From contig CAYXSN010000007.1 of assembly GCA_964467655.1 (NCBI GenBank), forward strand, positions 682 to 64,681: a DNA stretch of 64,000 nt. The letters are read 5' to 3'. Origin of the DNA: an uncultured Candidatus Saccharimonadales bacterium (lineage in GTDB: Bacteria > Patescibacteriota > Saccharimonadia > UBA4664). Position numbers and translations under genes: made by a program. Below, one piece after another: positions 29,504-39,097 of this stretch. The notes under the pieces were generated by a model. It saw nothing but the letters and a program-made list of their open reading frames with translations, was not told the DNA's origin and searched no databases. Numbering within the stretch: the first letter of the stretch is position 1; every line of letters starts with the position of its first letter.

Positions 29504-30274
29504 ATGGTGACAGTAAAGACAGAACCGAAATATAGGCGGCCATTAAATACAGAGCAGGTACAAATACTAGAACTGCTGTATAAGTTTCGGTTTGCGACAA
29601 TGGCAGTTGTTAAGGATTATTTTGTTGAAACTAATCCTGGCATGAATGTTTTTAGAAGGTTGGAGACGTTAGCGGACCAGGGCTTTATAGCTAAGCGCTA
29701 CTTTGACAACTACAGATTGCTGCATAAGCCGGTCGTGTACTATTTACTACCAGCCGGAGCGCGCAAGCTGAAAGAGTATCGAGACGAGGACGACACTGAC
29801 GAGATCAATATCAAGGGCATTTATCGTGATGGCGATGTCAGTGAGCAATTCGTCATGCATAGTGTGGCGGCCTTGAATCTTTACAATCGCCTCGTAGCTG
29901 AGTATGGAGATGACTTAGACTTCTTCTCTAAGGCCGATCAGGCCAGCTTTGATAACTTTCCGAAGCCCCTTCCAGATGCCTACTTAACGCTACAGGCGGA
30001 CGGCGGCGCGCAGCACTACTTTGTAGAGATATTAGATGATGACGCTCACTTGCTCGTGGATGTCTCGAAAAAGATTAAGCGTTTCATTGACTACAAAAAG
30101 AGCGGCAGTTGGGCATTGGTGGCAAGAGCACCATTTCCAAAGATTATCTTTGTTTGTGCGTCAGAAACGTTCTGTAAACGTGCACAAAAACGCTGCGAGG
30201 CCGCCCTGGATAAGGCTTGGGTTATGGACATAACGGTCGAGGCTGTAACAAGCGACCATATTACGCTGAGCTAA
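29504..30274 (+). CDS. Replication-relaxation (Replic_Relax) family protein
   Basis: N-terminal wHTH LNTEQVQILELLYKFRFATMAVVKDYF...VFRRLETLADQGFIAKRY...KPVVYYLLPAGARKL typical of the family; ATG 29504 preferred over upstream ATG 29417, which lies in the AT-rich repeat. Confidence 0.6.
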   Translation: MVTVKTEPKYRRPLNTEQVQILELLYKFRFATMAVVKDYFVETNPGMNVFRRLETLADQGFIAKRYFDNYRLLHKPVVYYLLPAGARKLKEYRDEDDTDEINIKGIYRDGDVSEQFVMHSVAALNLYNRLVAEYGDDLDFFSKADQASFDNFPKPLPDAYLTLQADGGAQHYFVEILDDDAHLLVDVSKKIKRFIDYKKSGSWALVARAPFPKIIFVCASETFCKRAQKRCEAALDKAWVMDITVEAVTSDHITLS

Positions 30275-30369
30275 CTATTCGAACTCGCTTTTGCCAATGG
30301 CAAATGCGAGTTGTCACTTTTCTGCCAGGAAAAGTGAGTTGCAGCTACCCGATAAGGTATAATCGACAC

Positions 30370-31032
30370 ATGAATATACAAGCATCGCAAAGCGAAGACA
30401 ACGGCATAGCTCTCTTGACTGACAATGACCTTGAAATTTACAGTGTAGGCATATCAACCGGCGGAGTAGCCGAAATTCGGATGGCCGAGGCGAGCCCCTC
30501 GCGGCACATTGTGGCGACAACTGTTGACGAAGAAGGTGTTGCTTTCGCCCAGAAGTTCATAACCGAGAAACACCTAGAGCAACAGATCGAAGCCAAGATT
30601 GAGGACGTAGCTCAGCCGCTGCCGTATGAAGATGATCACTTTGACTATGTATACGCTCGCCTGGTGCTACATTATTTACCAAAAGCTGCACTCGATCAGG
30701 CGCTAGCCGAATTGCACCGCGTACTCAAGCCAGGCGGTAAGCTGTTTGTAGTAGTACGCTCGGTGAATTGCCCGGATGCCAAAGACCCCAGCGCTACCTA
30801 TGATCCAGAAACAGGCCTCACGACTTGCGTGCACACCGATCAGCAAACTGGCAAGACGCACAACTCCGTCCGCTACTTTCACTCAGAAGAGTCTATCAGG
30901 GAGCATGTTACAAAGGCTGGCTTTACCGTTCAGTACACAAAATCATACGATGAGCGGCTATTTACTGATTTCATGCGTACCAAGCTCGCTCCACATGACG
31001 ATAACGTCGTAGAACTGCTGGCTACCAAATGA
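30370..31032 (+). CDS. Class I SAM-dependent methyltransferase (Methyltransf_11-like)
   Basis: GGTATAATC 7 nt upstream of ATG; YVYARLVLHYLP...LKPGGKLFVVV. Confidence 0.55.
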   Translation: MNIQASQSEDNGIALLTDNDLEIYSVGISTGGVAEIRMAEASPSRHIVATTVDEEGVAFAQKFITEKHLEQQIEAKIEDVAQPLPYEDDHFDYVYARLVLHYLPKAALDQALAELHRVLKPGGKLFVVVRSVNCPDAKDPSATYDPETGLTTCVHTDQQTGKTHNSVRYFHSEESIREHVTKAGFTVQYTKSYDERLFTDFMRTKLAPHDDNVVELLATK

Positions 31033-31472
31033 GCAGCGAAGACGTATTCCACCTCGGCATAAAAGCACTCATTCGCAATCAACAAGGTAAAGTGCTGCTG
31101 ATGCAGGTCAACCCAGCTAAGCTGCATGGTGAGCGTCGGGAATATTGGGATTTACCGGGTGGTCGTATCCAAAAAGGCGATTCCGTTGAAGATACGCTCA
31201 GGCGTGAAGTGGTGGAAGAAACAGGGCTAGCAGAAATCGCCAACATTCAACCCGTGAGCATGGTATTGTCCAATATCCGTATCCCAATGGGCAACAACGA
31301 GTCGGTGGGGCTTATTCTGAGTGTGTACGCCTGTACCATACCGGATGATGCGACAATAACGCTCTCCGATGAGCATATTGCCTATGACTGGTTTACGCCA
31401 GATAAAGCTGCTGAGTTGCTGCGGGTGAAGTACCCGGATGGATTTTGTAACGCTATCGGAGAACTAGCATGA
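31029..31472 (+). CDS. NUDIX hydrolase
   Basis: Nudix box LPGGRIQKGDSVEDTLRREVVEETGL. Confidence 0.75.
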   Translation: MSSEDVFHLGIKALIRNQQGKVLLMQVNPAKLHGERREYWDLPGGRIQKGDSVEDTLRREVVEETGLAEIANIQPVSMVLSNIRIPMGNNESVGLILSVYACTIPDDATITLSDEHIAYDWFTPDKAAELLRVKYPDGFCNAIGELA

Positions 31473-32065
31473 TCAAATACGTCCTACAATCCGGTGGCAT
31501 CCGCAACCAGCCAACCCTAAAAAAGCAGTTTCACCAAGAGCTAGTGAAGGGCCTGGGCAACAACCCTAAATTCCTACTGTGCAACTTTGCCCAAGGTCGC
31601 GAATACTGGGAGGTAAAGTTTTCTGGTTATTCAAATGCCATAGCCGAAGATATGTCAGAAGGTGTCACGCCTACCTTTGAATTGGCAATGCCTGACACAT
31701 TCGTTGAGCAGTGCAAAGCAGCAGACGTTATTTACTGTCACGGCGGCGATAACGACCTCGTGCAGTATTGGATGCGCAAGTTTGACGTTCCAGTCATATT
31801 TGATGGTAAAGTGCTGGCCACAAACTCAGCCAGTTCCATGATGCTCGCCAGCAGCTACTGGACATGTGACTGGCGGGCTTGCCGTGACGGTTTTGGCATC
31901 CTGCCCATAAAGTTTATCGCCCACTACCAGTCAGCCTATAGCGCCGATGATCCGCGCGGCCCGATTGACTGGCAAAAAGCGTACGACGAGCTGGCGGCAT
32001 ACGGCGATACCAGCCTGTCAATCCATGCGCTCAAAGAGGGCGAGTATATTGTCTTCGAGAAATAG
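31469..32065 (+). CDS. Hypothetical protein, possibly peptidase S51 (dipeptidase E)-like
   Basis: DVIYCHGGDNDLVQYW...GKVLATNSASSMM loosely resembles S51 GGNTF...G(T/S)SAG pattern. Confidence 0.3.
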   Translation: MIKYVLQSGGIRNQPTLKKQFHQELVKGLGNNPKFLLCNFAQGREYWEVKFSGYSNAIAEDMSEGVTPTFELAMPDTFVEQCKAADVIYCHGGDNDLVQYWMRKFDVPVIFDGKVLATNSASSMMLASSYWTCDWRACRDGFGILPIKFIAHYQSAYSADDPRGPIDWQKAYDELAAYGDTSLSIHALKEGEYIVFEK

Positions 32066-32075
32066 AGGAGCCCAT

Positions 32076-32690
32076 ATGAAACAGCCGACTACTTATCAAG
32101 CAGCTCCCAATGACTCTCGCTATATACCGTTCACTCAGCAAGATTGGTGCTGCGTACCAACCAGTATCCAGATGATCATGTACCGTCACGGCATCCCTTT
32201 GGTGCCAGCCGAGGAAATTGGCTATCACCTGGGGCTAACCGTGCCACCAGATCAGGCCGACCTCTTTTATAACGTTCGAACCTCCGAAAAACCACCGACC
32301 ACCGCCGGCTATGGCACGCAAATATCCAACCCTGACTACACTCCAAACAAAATGTTTGAAAAGCTTGGGATTCCGCTGGAGTTCAGTATCAAGCTCGCTA
32401 GTGAGTTCGCTGACAAGGAAGCGCTCTTGACGGAGCTGAAAGCAATTGAAGCGGAAGATAGCGATGCACTCCTGTGCTTTAATCATGGTGTTATCCGGGG
32501 CGAGTACCAGCCAAACTCTGGGCATGTGGTCGTGTTTGACCGAGTTGTTGATGGCAAAGTCCGCATCGTTGACGCTAGCTGGAAACAACCGAAGTGGCGG
32601 TTTGTCGAGCTTGGTTTGCTTTTTGAGGCAATCAAACGGCACGACAATGAAAATTCTGGTGGCGTTTGGCATTTTGAGAAGCGGGGATAG
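32076..32690 (+). CDS. Papain-like cysteine peptidase domain protein (C39-like)
   Basis: ATG 32076 behind AGAGGAG; DWCCVPTSIQMIMYRHGIP resembles C39-like catalytic-Cys motif. Confidence 0.35.
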   Translation: MKQPTTYQAAPNDSRYIPFTQQDWCCVPTSIQMIMYRHGIPLVPAEEIGYHLGLTVPPDQADLFYNVRTSEKPPTTAGYGTQISNPDYTPNKMFEKLGIPLEFSIKLASEFADKEALLTELKAIEAEDSDALLCFNHGVIRGEYQPNSGHVVVFDRVVDGKVRIVDASWKQPKWRFVELGLLFEAIKRHDNENSGGVWHFEKRG

Positions 32691-32696
32691 ATCAGC

Positions 32697-33248
32697 ATGG
32701 CAAAACGAGCTGTCATCATCCACGCGTGGGGCGAGAACCCAACCTCGTGCTGGTACCCCCGGCTCAAACAAGAGCTTGAGCAACGAGGGATAGAGGTGCG
32801 GGTACCCGCCATGCCCGAAACAGACGCACCTAAGATCGAGTCGTGGCTAGCAACGCTCCGGGAGATATTGCCCAACCCCGACCAAGATACGATACTCATC
32901 GGGCACAGCATTGGCTGCCAGACTATCCTGCGCTATCTGGCCGAACTGCCCGCGGGTCAAACTGTTGGCCAAGCGATTTTCGTTGCACCATGGACACATC
33001 TCACCGGCTTGAGCCCGGCCTCGCAAGAAATCGCCAAGCCCTGGTTAGGAACGCCCTTGGACTGGACTGCTGCCCGTGCCCGCTGCCCTAAGTTCACCGC
33101 CCTCTTCTCTGACGATGACGAATGGGTACCCGTCTCAGAGGAACAAATCTTCCAAGAGAGACTGAACGCACAGACAAAGCTGCTCCACAAGATGGGGCAC
33201 TTTGATGCCATTACTGAATTACCCCAGGTACTGGAGCTATTACCTTGA
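32697..33248 (+). CDS. Alpha/beta serine hydrolase of RBBP9/YdeN family
   Basis: 183 aa; AVIIHAWGENP...; nucleophile elbow ILIGHSIGCQ; size and motif spacing as in Ser_hydrolase family. Confidence 0.6.
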   Translation: MAKRAVIIHAWGENPTSCWYPRLKQELEQRGIEVRVPAMPETDAPKIESWLATLREILPNPDQDTILIGHSIGCQTILRYLAELPAGQTVGQAIFVAPWTHLTGLSPASQEIAKPWLGTPLDWTAARARCPKFTALFSDDDEWVPVSEEQIFQERLNAQTKLLHKMGHFDAITELPQVLELLP

Positions 33249-34642
33249 GCCCACACAAAACTGCACGGCAAAAAAGAAACAACATTGTAATAATCGGTGG
33301 CGGCATGGCCGGTACCGCCGCAGCCTACACACTCAAGAATGCAGGCTATAAGGTAACCATCCTGGAGCGGAGTGACCGGCTGGGTGGCCGCATGCATAGC
33401 GAAGTTGTCGACGGCGTGTCGCTGGAAATGGGCTCGGGCTTCATCTCTCGGGTTTACACAAACGTGCTTGATTTTTTGCGCACAAACAAACTTGACGATA
33501 AACTTTTCCAGCAATCCGGCCGTTCTGGCATGATGCGGAGCGGTTCAATACATATGATCGGGCCTAAAGAGCTTGCCGGAACCAAGGTTTTATCCTGGCG
33601 TGCCAAATGGCCGCTCATAGGGCTCCTAGCCGAAACTATACGGCGTAAGGCAAGGCTTGATCTGCACAAACTGTGGTTGGCAGATATCTACGACAAGCGC
33701 TCGGTTGCTAGCAAATACACAACCCCAGGGCGCAAGGAATTTATGGAATATGTATTACAACCGGTTCTCAATGCATACTTCTATTGGATGCCAGAGCACA
33801 CCAGCGAAGCTGTAATGAGTATTCTGGTAAATGCTGCCCTGCAAAAGGGTGGGACATTCAAGTTCAGAGGTGGGCTGACCAGAATCCCAGAATTTGCAGC
33901 CAAAGATTGTGCAGTCCAGCTAAACTGCGAGGTCAAGAGCGTCACTCGGCAAAACAATGGCCAGTTTGAGATCACCGCGCTGCAAAACAAGCGAGAAATC
34001 ACCTTTGCTGCCGATGGGCTTGTTTGCGCCACCACTGCCACTGTAGTCCCCAAGATTATTACCCATTTGAGCAAGCAACAAAGGGAGTTCTTCGCGGCAA
34101 TCGATTATTCGGCAACAGTAGTCATGGCTCAGTCATACAAAACGAAAGATACACATGAGGCCAAAGCCGTCGCCTTCCCACGCCTGGAAGACAATGATCT
34201 GGCAGCTATCACTCTGTCGCCAGAGCAAGACATTGCCAGTAAGGAGTTCAAGGTCAGTGGCCTCAAGATGTATGCCTCAGGCGCAATTGGTAAACATCTC
34301 GCGCAAAAGTCAGATGAGCAGATCATCCACTTTTTCGAGCGAAAACTTGCGCCTGCGCGCGATCAGTTTCTGCGCGAGGGTGCAACACCGCTGTCAACTC
34401 GTATTCAGCGCTGGCCAGAGGTGATCCCGCACTTCGACGTTGGGCATCTTGCGCGCCTGCGCGCCTTTCACGATGGCGCCATAGAGAACAACACGGTTCC
34501 CCTGGTATTTGCTGGGGATTACATCGGTGCGCCATACATCGAGGGCGCGTTTACGAGTGGGGTTGCAGCCGCTAACCGGCTTGTTGACCGTTTGGCGATT
34601 CAAAGAAGCGGGCCGGACAATAGAGCCACACTAAAGAACTAG
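33245..34642 (+). CDS. FAD-dependent amine-oxidase/protoporphyrinogen-oxidase-like flavoprotein
   Basis: Rossmann IVIIGGGMAGTAAAY...ILERSDRLGGR. Confidence 0.65.
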   Translation: MSPHKTARQKRNNIVIIGGGMAGTAAAYTLKNAGYKVTILERSDRLGGRMHSEVVDGVSLEMGSGFISRVYTNVLDFLRTNKLDDKLFQQSGRSGMMRSGSIHMIGPKELAGTKVLSWRAKWPLIGLLAETIRRKARLDLHKLWLADIYDKRSVASKYTTPGRKEFMEYVLQPVLNAYFYWMPEHTSEAVMSILVNAALQKGGTFKFRGGLTRIPEFAAKDCAVQLNCEVKSVTRQNNGQFEITALQNKREITFAADGLVCATTATVVPKIITHLSKQQREFFAAIDYSATVVMAQSYKTKDTHEAKAVAFPRLEDNDLAAITLSPEQDIASKEFKVSGLKMYASGAIGKHLAQKSDEQIIHFFERKLAPARDQFLREGATPLSTRIQRWPEVIPHFDVGHLARLRAFHDGAIENNTVPLVFAGDYIGAPYIEGAFTSGVAAANRLVDRLAIQRSGPDNRATLKN

Positions 34643-34651
34643 ATTTGAAGA

Positions 34652-35035
34652 GTGATGAAAACGATAGTACTTACCACTAACTCAGAACTATGGGCCCAAG
34701 CTCAAAAATCAGGACAATACACCCAGTCTACAATTGATTCTACACTGGCGGATGTCGGCTTCATTCATGCCACTTTCCCCGATCAGACTATAGCAATGGT
34801 TAACCGCAAGTACGCTGATCAAGATGGGCTCATTTTACTACTGGTTGATCGAGACAAACTGACCTCGCCGGTCAAGGAAGAAGGTTCACTCAGCGGCAAA
34901 GGTGGCCTGTATCCTCATATTTATGGCCCGGTCAATCTTGATGCGGTATACAAAGTGCTGCCGCTCGACAAAGGAGTAGATAGTCACTACATAGAGCCAG
35001 ATGGATTACGGGGTCTATCGAAGGAGCAACCATGA
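34652..35035 (+). CDS. DUF952-family protein
   Basis: GFIHATFPDQ...LLLVDRDKL...YPHIYGPVNLDAV pattern. Confidence 0.5.
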   Translation: MMKTIVLTTNSELWAQAQKSGQYTQSTIDSTLADVGFIHATFPDQTIAMVNRKYADQDGLILLLVDRDKLTSPVKEEGSLSGKGGLYPHIYGPVNLDAVYKVLPLDKGVDSHYIEPDGLRGLSKEQP

Positions 35036-35643
35036 CCCCATACGTCGAAGACACCTACGCTAAGATTGCTCAAGCCTACACCGATGAATTCTTTGACGAC
35101 AAAGCTGACCTGCCATTTGTAGATAAGCTCGTGAGTGTTCTGTCGCAGGGTGCGAGAATACTCGATATTGGCAGCGGCCCCGGTCAGTTCTCAAAATACC
35201 TCACAGAAAAAGGTTTTAAGGTCGAGGGCATTGACGTCTCTGACGAAATGTTAGTTATCGCCCGGTCGAAAGTTCCCGAGGTAGGGTTTGCGAAGATGGA
35301 TATGCGAAAGCTAGAATTTGCAGATCACGCATTCGATGGCATTTTGGCCGCGTATTCCATTATCCATATACCGACGCCAGAGTTGCCGGGTGTACTGGCC
35401 GAGATGAAGCGTGTGCTCAAGCCCGGAGGCTATGCGCTGTTCATCGTGCAGGAAGGCGAAGCCGATCAGGTTGTTGATGAACCACTGGCCGAGGGTGAGA
35501 AAGTATTTATGAACTTTTTTAGCACGGGGCGCTTGAATGACTTGTTGACATCTGCTGGCTTGAAGATCATCGAGCAGCGCATAGGCGAGCAAACCAGCGA
35601 AGAAGTACTGAGCAGCAAGGTCATATTCACCCTAGCCAGCTAG
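35032..35643 (+). CDS. Class I SAM-dependent methyltransferase
   Basis: motif I ILDIGSGPGQFS, motif post-I VEGIDVSDEML, LKPGGYALF. Confidence 0.65.
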   Translation: MTPYVEDTYAKIAQAYTDEFFDDKADLPFVDKLVSVLSQGARILDIGSGPGQFSKYLTEKGFKVEGIDVSDEMLVIARSKVPEVGFAKMDMRKLEFADHAFDGILAAYSIIHIPTPELPGVLAEMKRVLKPGGYALFIVQEGEADQVVDEPLAEGEKVFMNFFSTGRLNDLLTSAGLKIIEQRIGEQTSEEVLSSKVIFTLAS

Positions 35644-38555
35644 ACATCAACCTTATGCCAGGCCATATTCTCCTCATCCCACCCCACTGTCCCACGATGC
35701 AGTTTCTTGAAGGCGTCACGAACCTTCTTGCTGATTGAGGGGTTGCCAAATTCAGTCTGCTCGATGCAACCGCCGCCAAAGTTGTCGTTGAGGTGGTGGG
35801 CTGCCGCTTCTTGCTTGAGCGAACCGGCCTGATTAATCTCGTCCATCATCCACTGAGCGGCCTTTTGGTGGATGGTTCTCGTTCGTTTACGTTTCATTCT
35901 ATCCTGCTTGGGTGGTCTGTCGGCTGTGCTTGCAGGGCTGGCCTTGGCGGCGGGTTTTTGTTGTGGCTGAGGCTTTTCCTGCTCAGGTTTCGGCTCCGGT
36001 GCAACATACTTAGTTGTGTACTTTTCCCTCGAAGACTGAATAACCCTTTCGGCTATTTCATCGCTGCCAGAATTATCAAGCAGCAACGTCTCGCCTGATA
36101 GCGGTTCCTGCGATCTAATGGCCGAGGCTCGCATGTAGAAGTTGTAGGGCGACAGGTTAGCAATATGGCCCTCCTGGAGATATGGGCTGAATAGGGGCAG
36201 CAAAAGTTGCTCATCGGCCGGGTTGCCGGTGCGGAAGCAAATGACAGTGCCAACGTTTGCCAAGATGATATTGACCATCTTTTGGTCGTCTTGCTGTGAC
36301 GTTGACTGTTCGGCCATTGTTAGGAATAGTTTGTACTTGCGGGATTCGGATAGCATCTGCACAAATGACTGCGTGGCGAAGTTTTGGAACTCGTCCACGT
36401 ACAGGTAAAACGGTTTGCGTTCAGCTTCTTTGATCCGGGCACGGCGTAGAGCGGCCATCTGGATTCTAGCTAACACGGCGATGCCGAATAACTCTGATGT
36501 ATCCTCACCGAGCAAGCCTTTCGAGAAGTTGCAAATTAGGATTCTTCCGTCCAGGATGTCGTCGAAGTTGATGGTTGAGTGTGGCTGCTCCAAGACCCGC
36601 TTAGCAGATGCCGAGAACAGGAACCGTCCAATCTTAGCGGTTATACCGGCGACCATTTTGACTTGTTGGAACCCACCGGCCTTGCCAAGCTCGTTCTTCC
36701 AGAAATTTTGCAGGTCTTCGTTTTCGAGTGTAGCTACGACGGTTTTGCAGTAATCGGGGTCGTTGAGGAGATTATAAACGGTGAACAGTGTTGCGTCTTT
36801 GACGGTAAGCGCCGTCTGGATCGCATTACGCAGCACATACTCAATACGGTGGCCGCCCGTGTCATCCTCGGAAAATATCTTGCGGAACATCGAGACGACG
36901 GACTCGGTAACGATATCCTTCTCGCGGATAAGTTCGTCCCCCTCAAGCCCTGGCGTCAGCTCCAGCACGTTTAGGCCGACATTGTAAGCTAGGTCGTCAG
37001 GATTAAAGTAAATAACATCATCTATGCGATTCTCCGGGATACGCATTAACAACTCCTGGGCCAAATCGCCGTGCGGGTCAATGACGCCAAAGCCTTTGCC
37101 GCTCTGTATATCTTGCACGGCGGCGTATTTAATCAAGGTGGTTTTGCCTGCGCCGGTTCCGCCAACGATGAACGCATGCCGTTCGCGCTCAGCCTCAATC
37201 AGACCGATAGGCATGGTGCTACCCTGGTGGTTGTTCTTGCCGAGAATGACATCAAAATCATGAGCATCGGCGTGGTTCTTTATGGCTAACGGTGCGGCTA
37301 GGGTTCGGCTGAGTGACTTAACCACATCGGCATTGTAGTTGGTCTCGCTATTGGGGAAGTGATAAATACTCGCAACCTCGGCGGCAGACAGTAGGCTGGC
37401 GTATTTGTTGAAAACGCCCGGTAGCCGGTGCTCAAACATAAACAAGCGATACTTGTGACGGACGCCATAGGGGAAGTTCAGCCTGCTTACGATGGCCTGG
37501 TATTTTGTCTTGTAGACATTAAACGACTTTCGTATGTCATTTGCCCTGGCGAGGCTGACACGGTCGTTATCGGCCACCACTAGCGCACGAATATTGGTGC
37601 GGTACAGATTGCTATTGAGCTTTTCGCTAACCTGCATCGCCAGCGTATTTTCCAGCGATCCCATCATGCGGGCGGGCTTAATCCCTTGTGCTACCTGGTG
37701 ATGGTGCTGCATCGTGGTGTGATGGGTCTGCTTGCTGTAGTTTGATGGCCCGTGGTGAATCTCGCCCACGGTGTCAATCATCGAGAACATAGCCGAGTTG
37801 ATACCCTGGACAAGCAAGCCACCCAGTGATCGGCGCTGTTTTTTGCCAAGCGCATCCAGGTGTTCCTTATTGTGCAACAGCCGGTTGCTGATCTTATCGG
37901 CACTACGTACTTTAGTTGGCGACAAGATAAGCTGAAGCACCATAACTTCGCCGGGCTTAAGGTTAGCCATCGTACCCAGTAGATAGTCGACGGGGTCGCT
38001 CTGGTCATATGCTTGCTGGTCTTTTAGCGGGTAGTAACGCTCCTTCAGATGCAGCTCTAGTAACTGGGCACGCAACCGCTGCGTTTTGGTAAGGTAATCA
38101 TCAACCTCTTTGACCCGAATATTGCTGTCGAATGACGCAATATCATGCACAAAGCTTTCGCGGCGCTCCTTGGGGACGCAGAAAATAAACCGTATTCCCT
38201 GTTCGCGTATACCAACTATTTCAGCCGCAAAGGCCGACTTGTGCTGCAAGACTTTATCGCTGATGGTGCGTATCGTCTCAAAGCCGTGCAAATCGGAAAA
38301 GAATAGCTGAGTTGCTTGCGGTGACTTGTCGGCAAAGGCGGGCGGCGTTAATTCTAGAAAGACCGTATCTCTGCCAAGCAGACGGCGGAGATCAAATAAC
38401 CGTAGGGCTACGATAACAATTAACTTAACCAGGAAAAATGCCGCAACCGCCAGAACTATGCCGAGCCCGATCTTTGGTAGCGAATCGACGAGCGTGTTCA
38501 AGAAATGCATGAAGCTGTTGAATTGTTCCTGAGTAGGAAAGTCTGTTTCCATCAC
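35640..38555 (-). CDS. virD4: Type IV coupling protein (VirD4/TraG/TrwB family) with long Lys/Pro-rich C-terminal tail
   Basis: 971 aa; N-terminal TM; Walker A FIVGGTGAGKTT; Walker B LYVDEFQNF; TraG-D_C-like region; convergent 3-nt overlap (CTAG) with methyltransferase gene. Confidence 0.8.
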   Translation of the reverse strand: MMETDFPTQEQFNSFMHFLNTLVDSLPKIGLGIVLAVAAFFLVKLIVIVALRLFDLRRLLGRDTVFLELTPPAFADKSPQATQLFFSDLHGFETIRTISDKVLQHKSAFAAEIVGIREQGIRFIFCVPKERRESFVHDIASFDSNIRVKEVDDYLTKTQRLRAQLLELHLKERYYPLKDQQAYDQSDPVDYLLGTMANLKPGEVMVLQLILSPTKVRSADKISNRLLHNKEHLDALGKKQRRSLGGLLVQGINSAMFSMIDTVGEIHHGPSNYSKQTHHTTMQHHHQVAQGIKPARMMGSLENTLAMQVSEKLNSNLYRTNIRALVVADNDRVSLARANDIRKSFNVYKTKYQAIVSRLNFPYGVRHKYRLFMFEHRLPGVFNKYASLLSAAEVASIYHFPNSETNYNADVVKSLSRTLAAPLAIKNHADAHDFDVILGKNNHQGSTMPIGLIEAERERHAFIVGGTGAGKTTLIKYAAVQDIQSGKGFGVIDPHGDLAQELLMRIPENRIDDVIYFNPDDLAYNVGLNVLELTPGLEGDELIREKDIVTESVVSMFRKIFSEDDTGGHRIEYVLRNAIQTALTVKDATLFTVYNLLNDPDYCKTVVATLENEDLQNFWKNELGKAGGFQQVKMVAGITAKIGRFLFSASAKRVLEQPHSTINFDDILDGRILICNFSKGLLGEDTSELFGIAVLARIQMAALRRARIKEAERKPFYLYVDEFQNFATQSFVQMLSESRKYKLFLTMAEQSTSQQDDQKMVNIILANVGTVICFRTGNPADEQLLLPLFSPYLQEGHIANLSPYNFYMRASAIRSQEPLSGETLLLDNSGSDEIAERVIQSSREKYTTKYVAPEPKPEQEKPQPQQKPAAKASPASTADRPPKQDRMKRKRTRTIHQKAAQWMMDEINQAGSLKQEAAAHHLNDNFGGGCIEQTEFGNPSISKKVRDAFKKLHRGTVGWDEENMAWHKVDV

Positions 38556-39097
38556 GGCTCCTTGTCATGGATAAAGTTATAGTCAAGCGCGTCAGCGGCG
38601 GTGAATGATCGAGTACTTACTACATCAAGCCCTTTGACGTTCATCTCCGAGATTGTCCAGGCTTTGGTAGCTGGATCAACGGCCGTCACGTAAGCTACAT
38701 GTCCTAATCCATGAGCTGAGTTAGCGGTCTGCATGATCGCGCCAACCGCCGGTATCTGGTCAACTGCATAGCCTTGCAACTTGGCATAGTAAGCCCAGGT
38801 GGCTGCATCGCCCCACGTATTAGGAATAGGGTCGCCCGCATTTTGCCGCTGAATAAACACCCAATATGTACAGTTGCCCCAGGCGTAGGTGTTGTCTGCG
38901 GATGAGGAGCCCGTATATAGCACGTCATCACCGGAATCTCCGGCGGTTACGCCACTTTTGAACAAATCGTCCATGTTCGTGATTGAGGCCACGGCCGCAG
39001 CAGGCAGTATCATAGCAACAATAAGCGTGCCAAGAATAACACCAGCCTCTATCTTGAACGAAACGAGCCTTTTACCGCGGCGCAGCAACGATATCAT
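38552..39097 (-). CDS. CHAP-domain peptidoglycan hydrolase (T4SS-associated cell-wall lytic enzyme)
   Basis: 181 aa; N-terminal TM; Cys (YAWGNCTYWV) and His (GLGHVAYV) of CHAP domain; ATGA overlap with coupling-protein gene. Confidence 0.7.
   Translation of the reverse strand: MISLLRRGKRLVSFKIEAGVILGTLIVAMILPAAAVASITNMDDLFKSGVTAGDSGDDVLYTGSSSADNTYAWGNCTYWVFIQRQNAGDPIPNTWGDAATWAYYAKLQGYAVDQIPAVGAIMQTANSAHGLGHVAYVTAVDPATKAWTISEMNVKGLDVVSTRSFTAADALDYNFIHDKEP

Noticed and set aside
35793-38532. Numerous 60-130 aa ORFs on both strands inside the coupling-protein gene
   Set aside because: All are internal to a well-supported 971-aa VirD4-family ORF.
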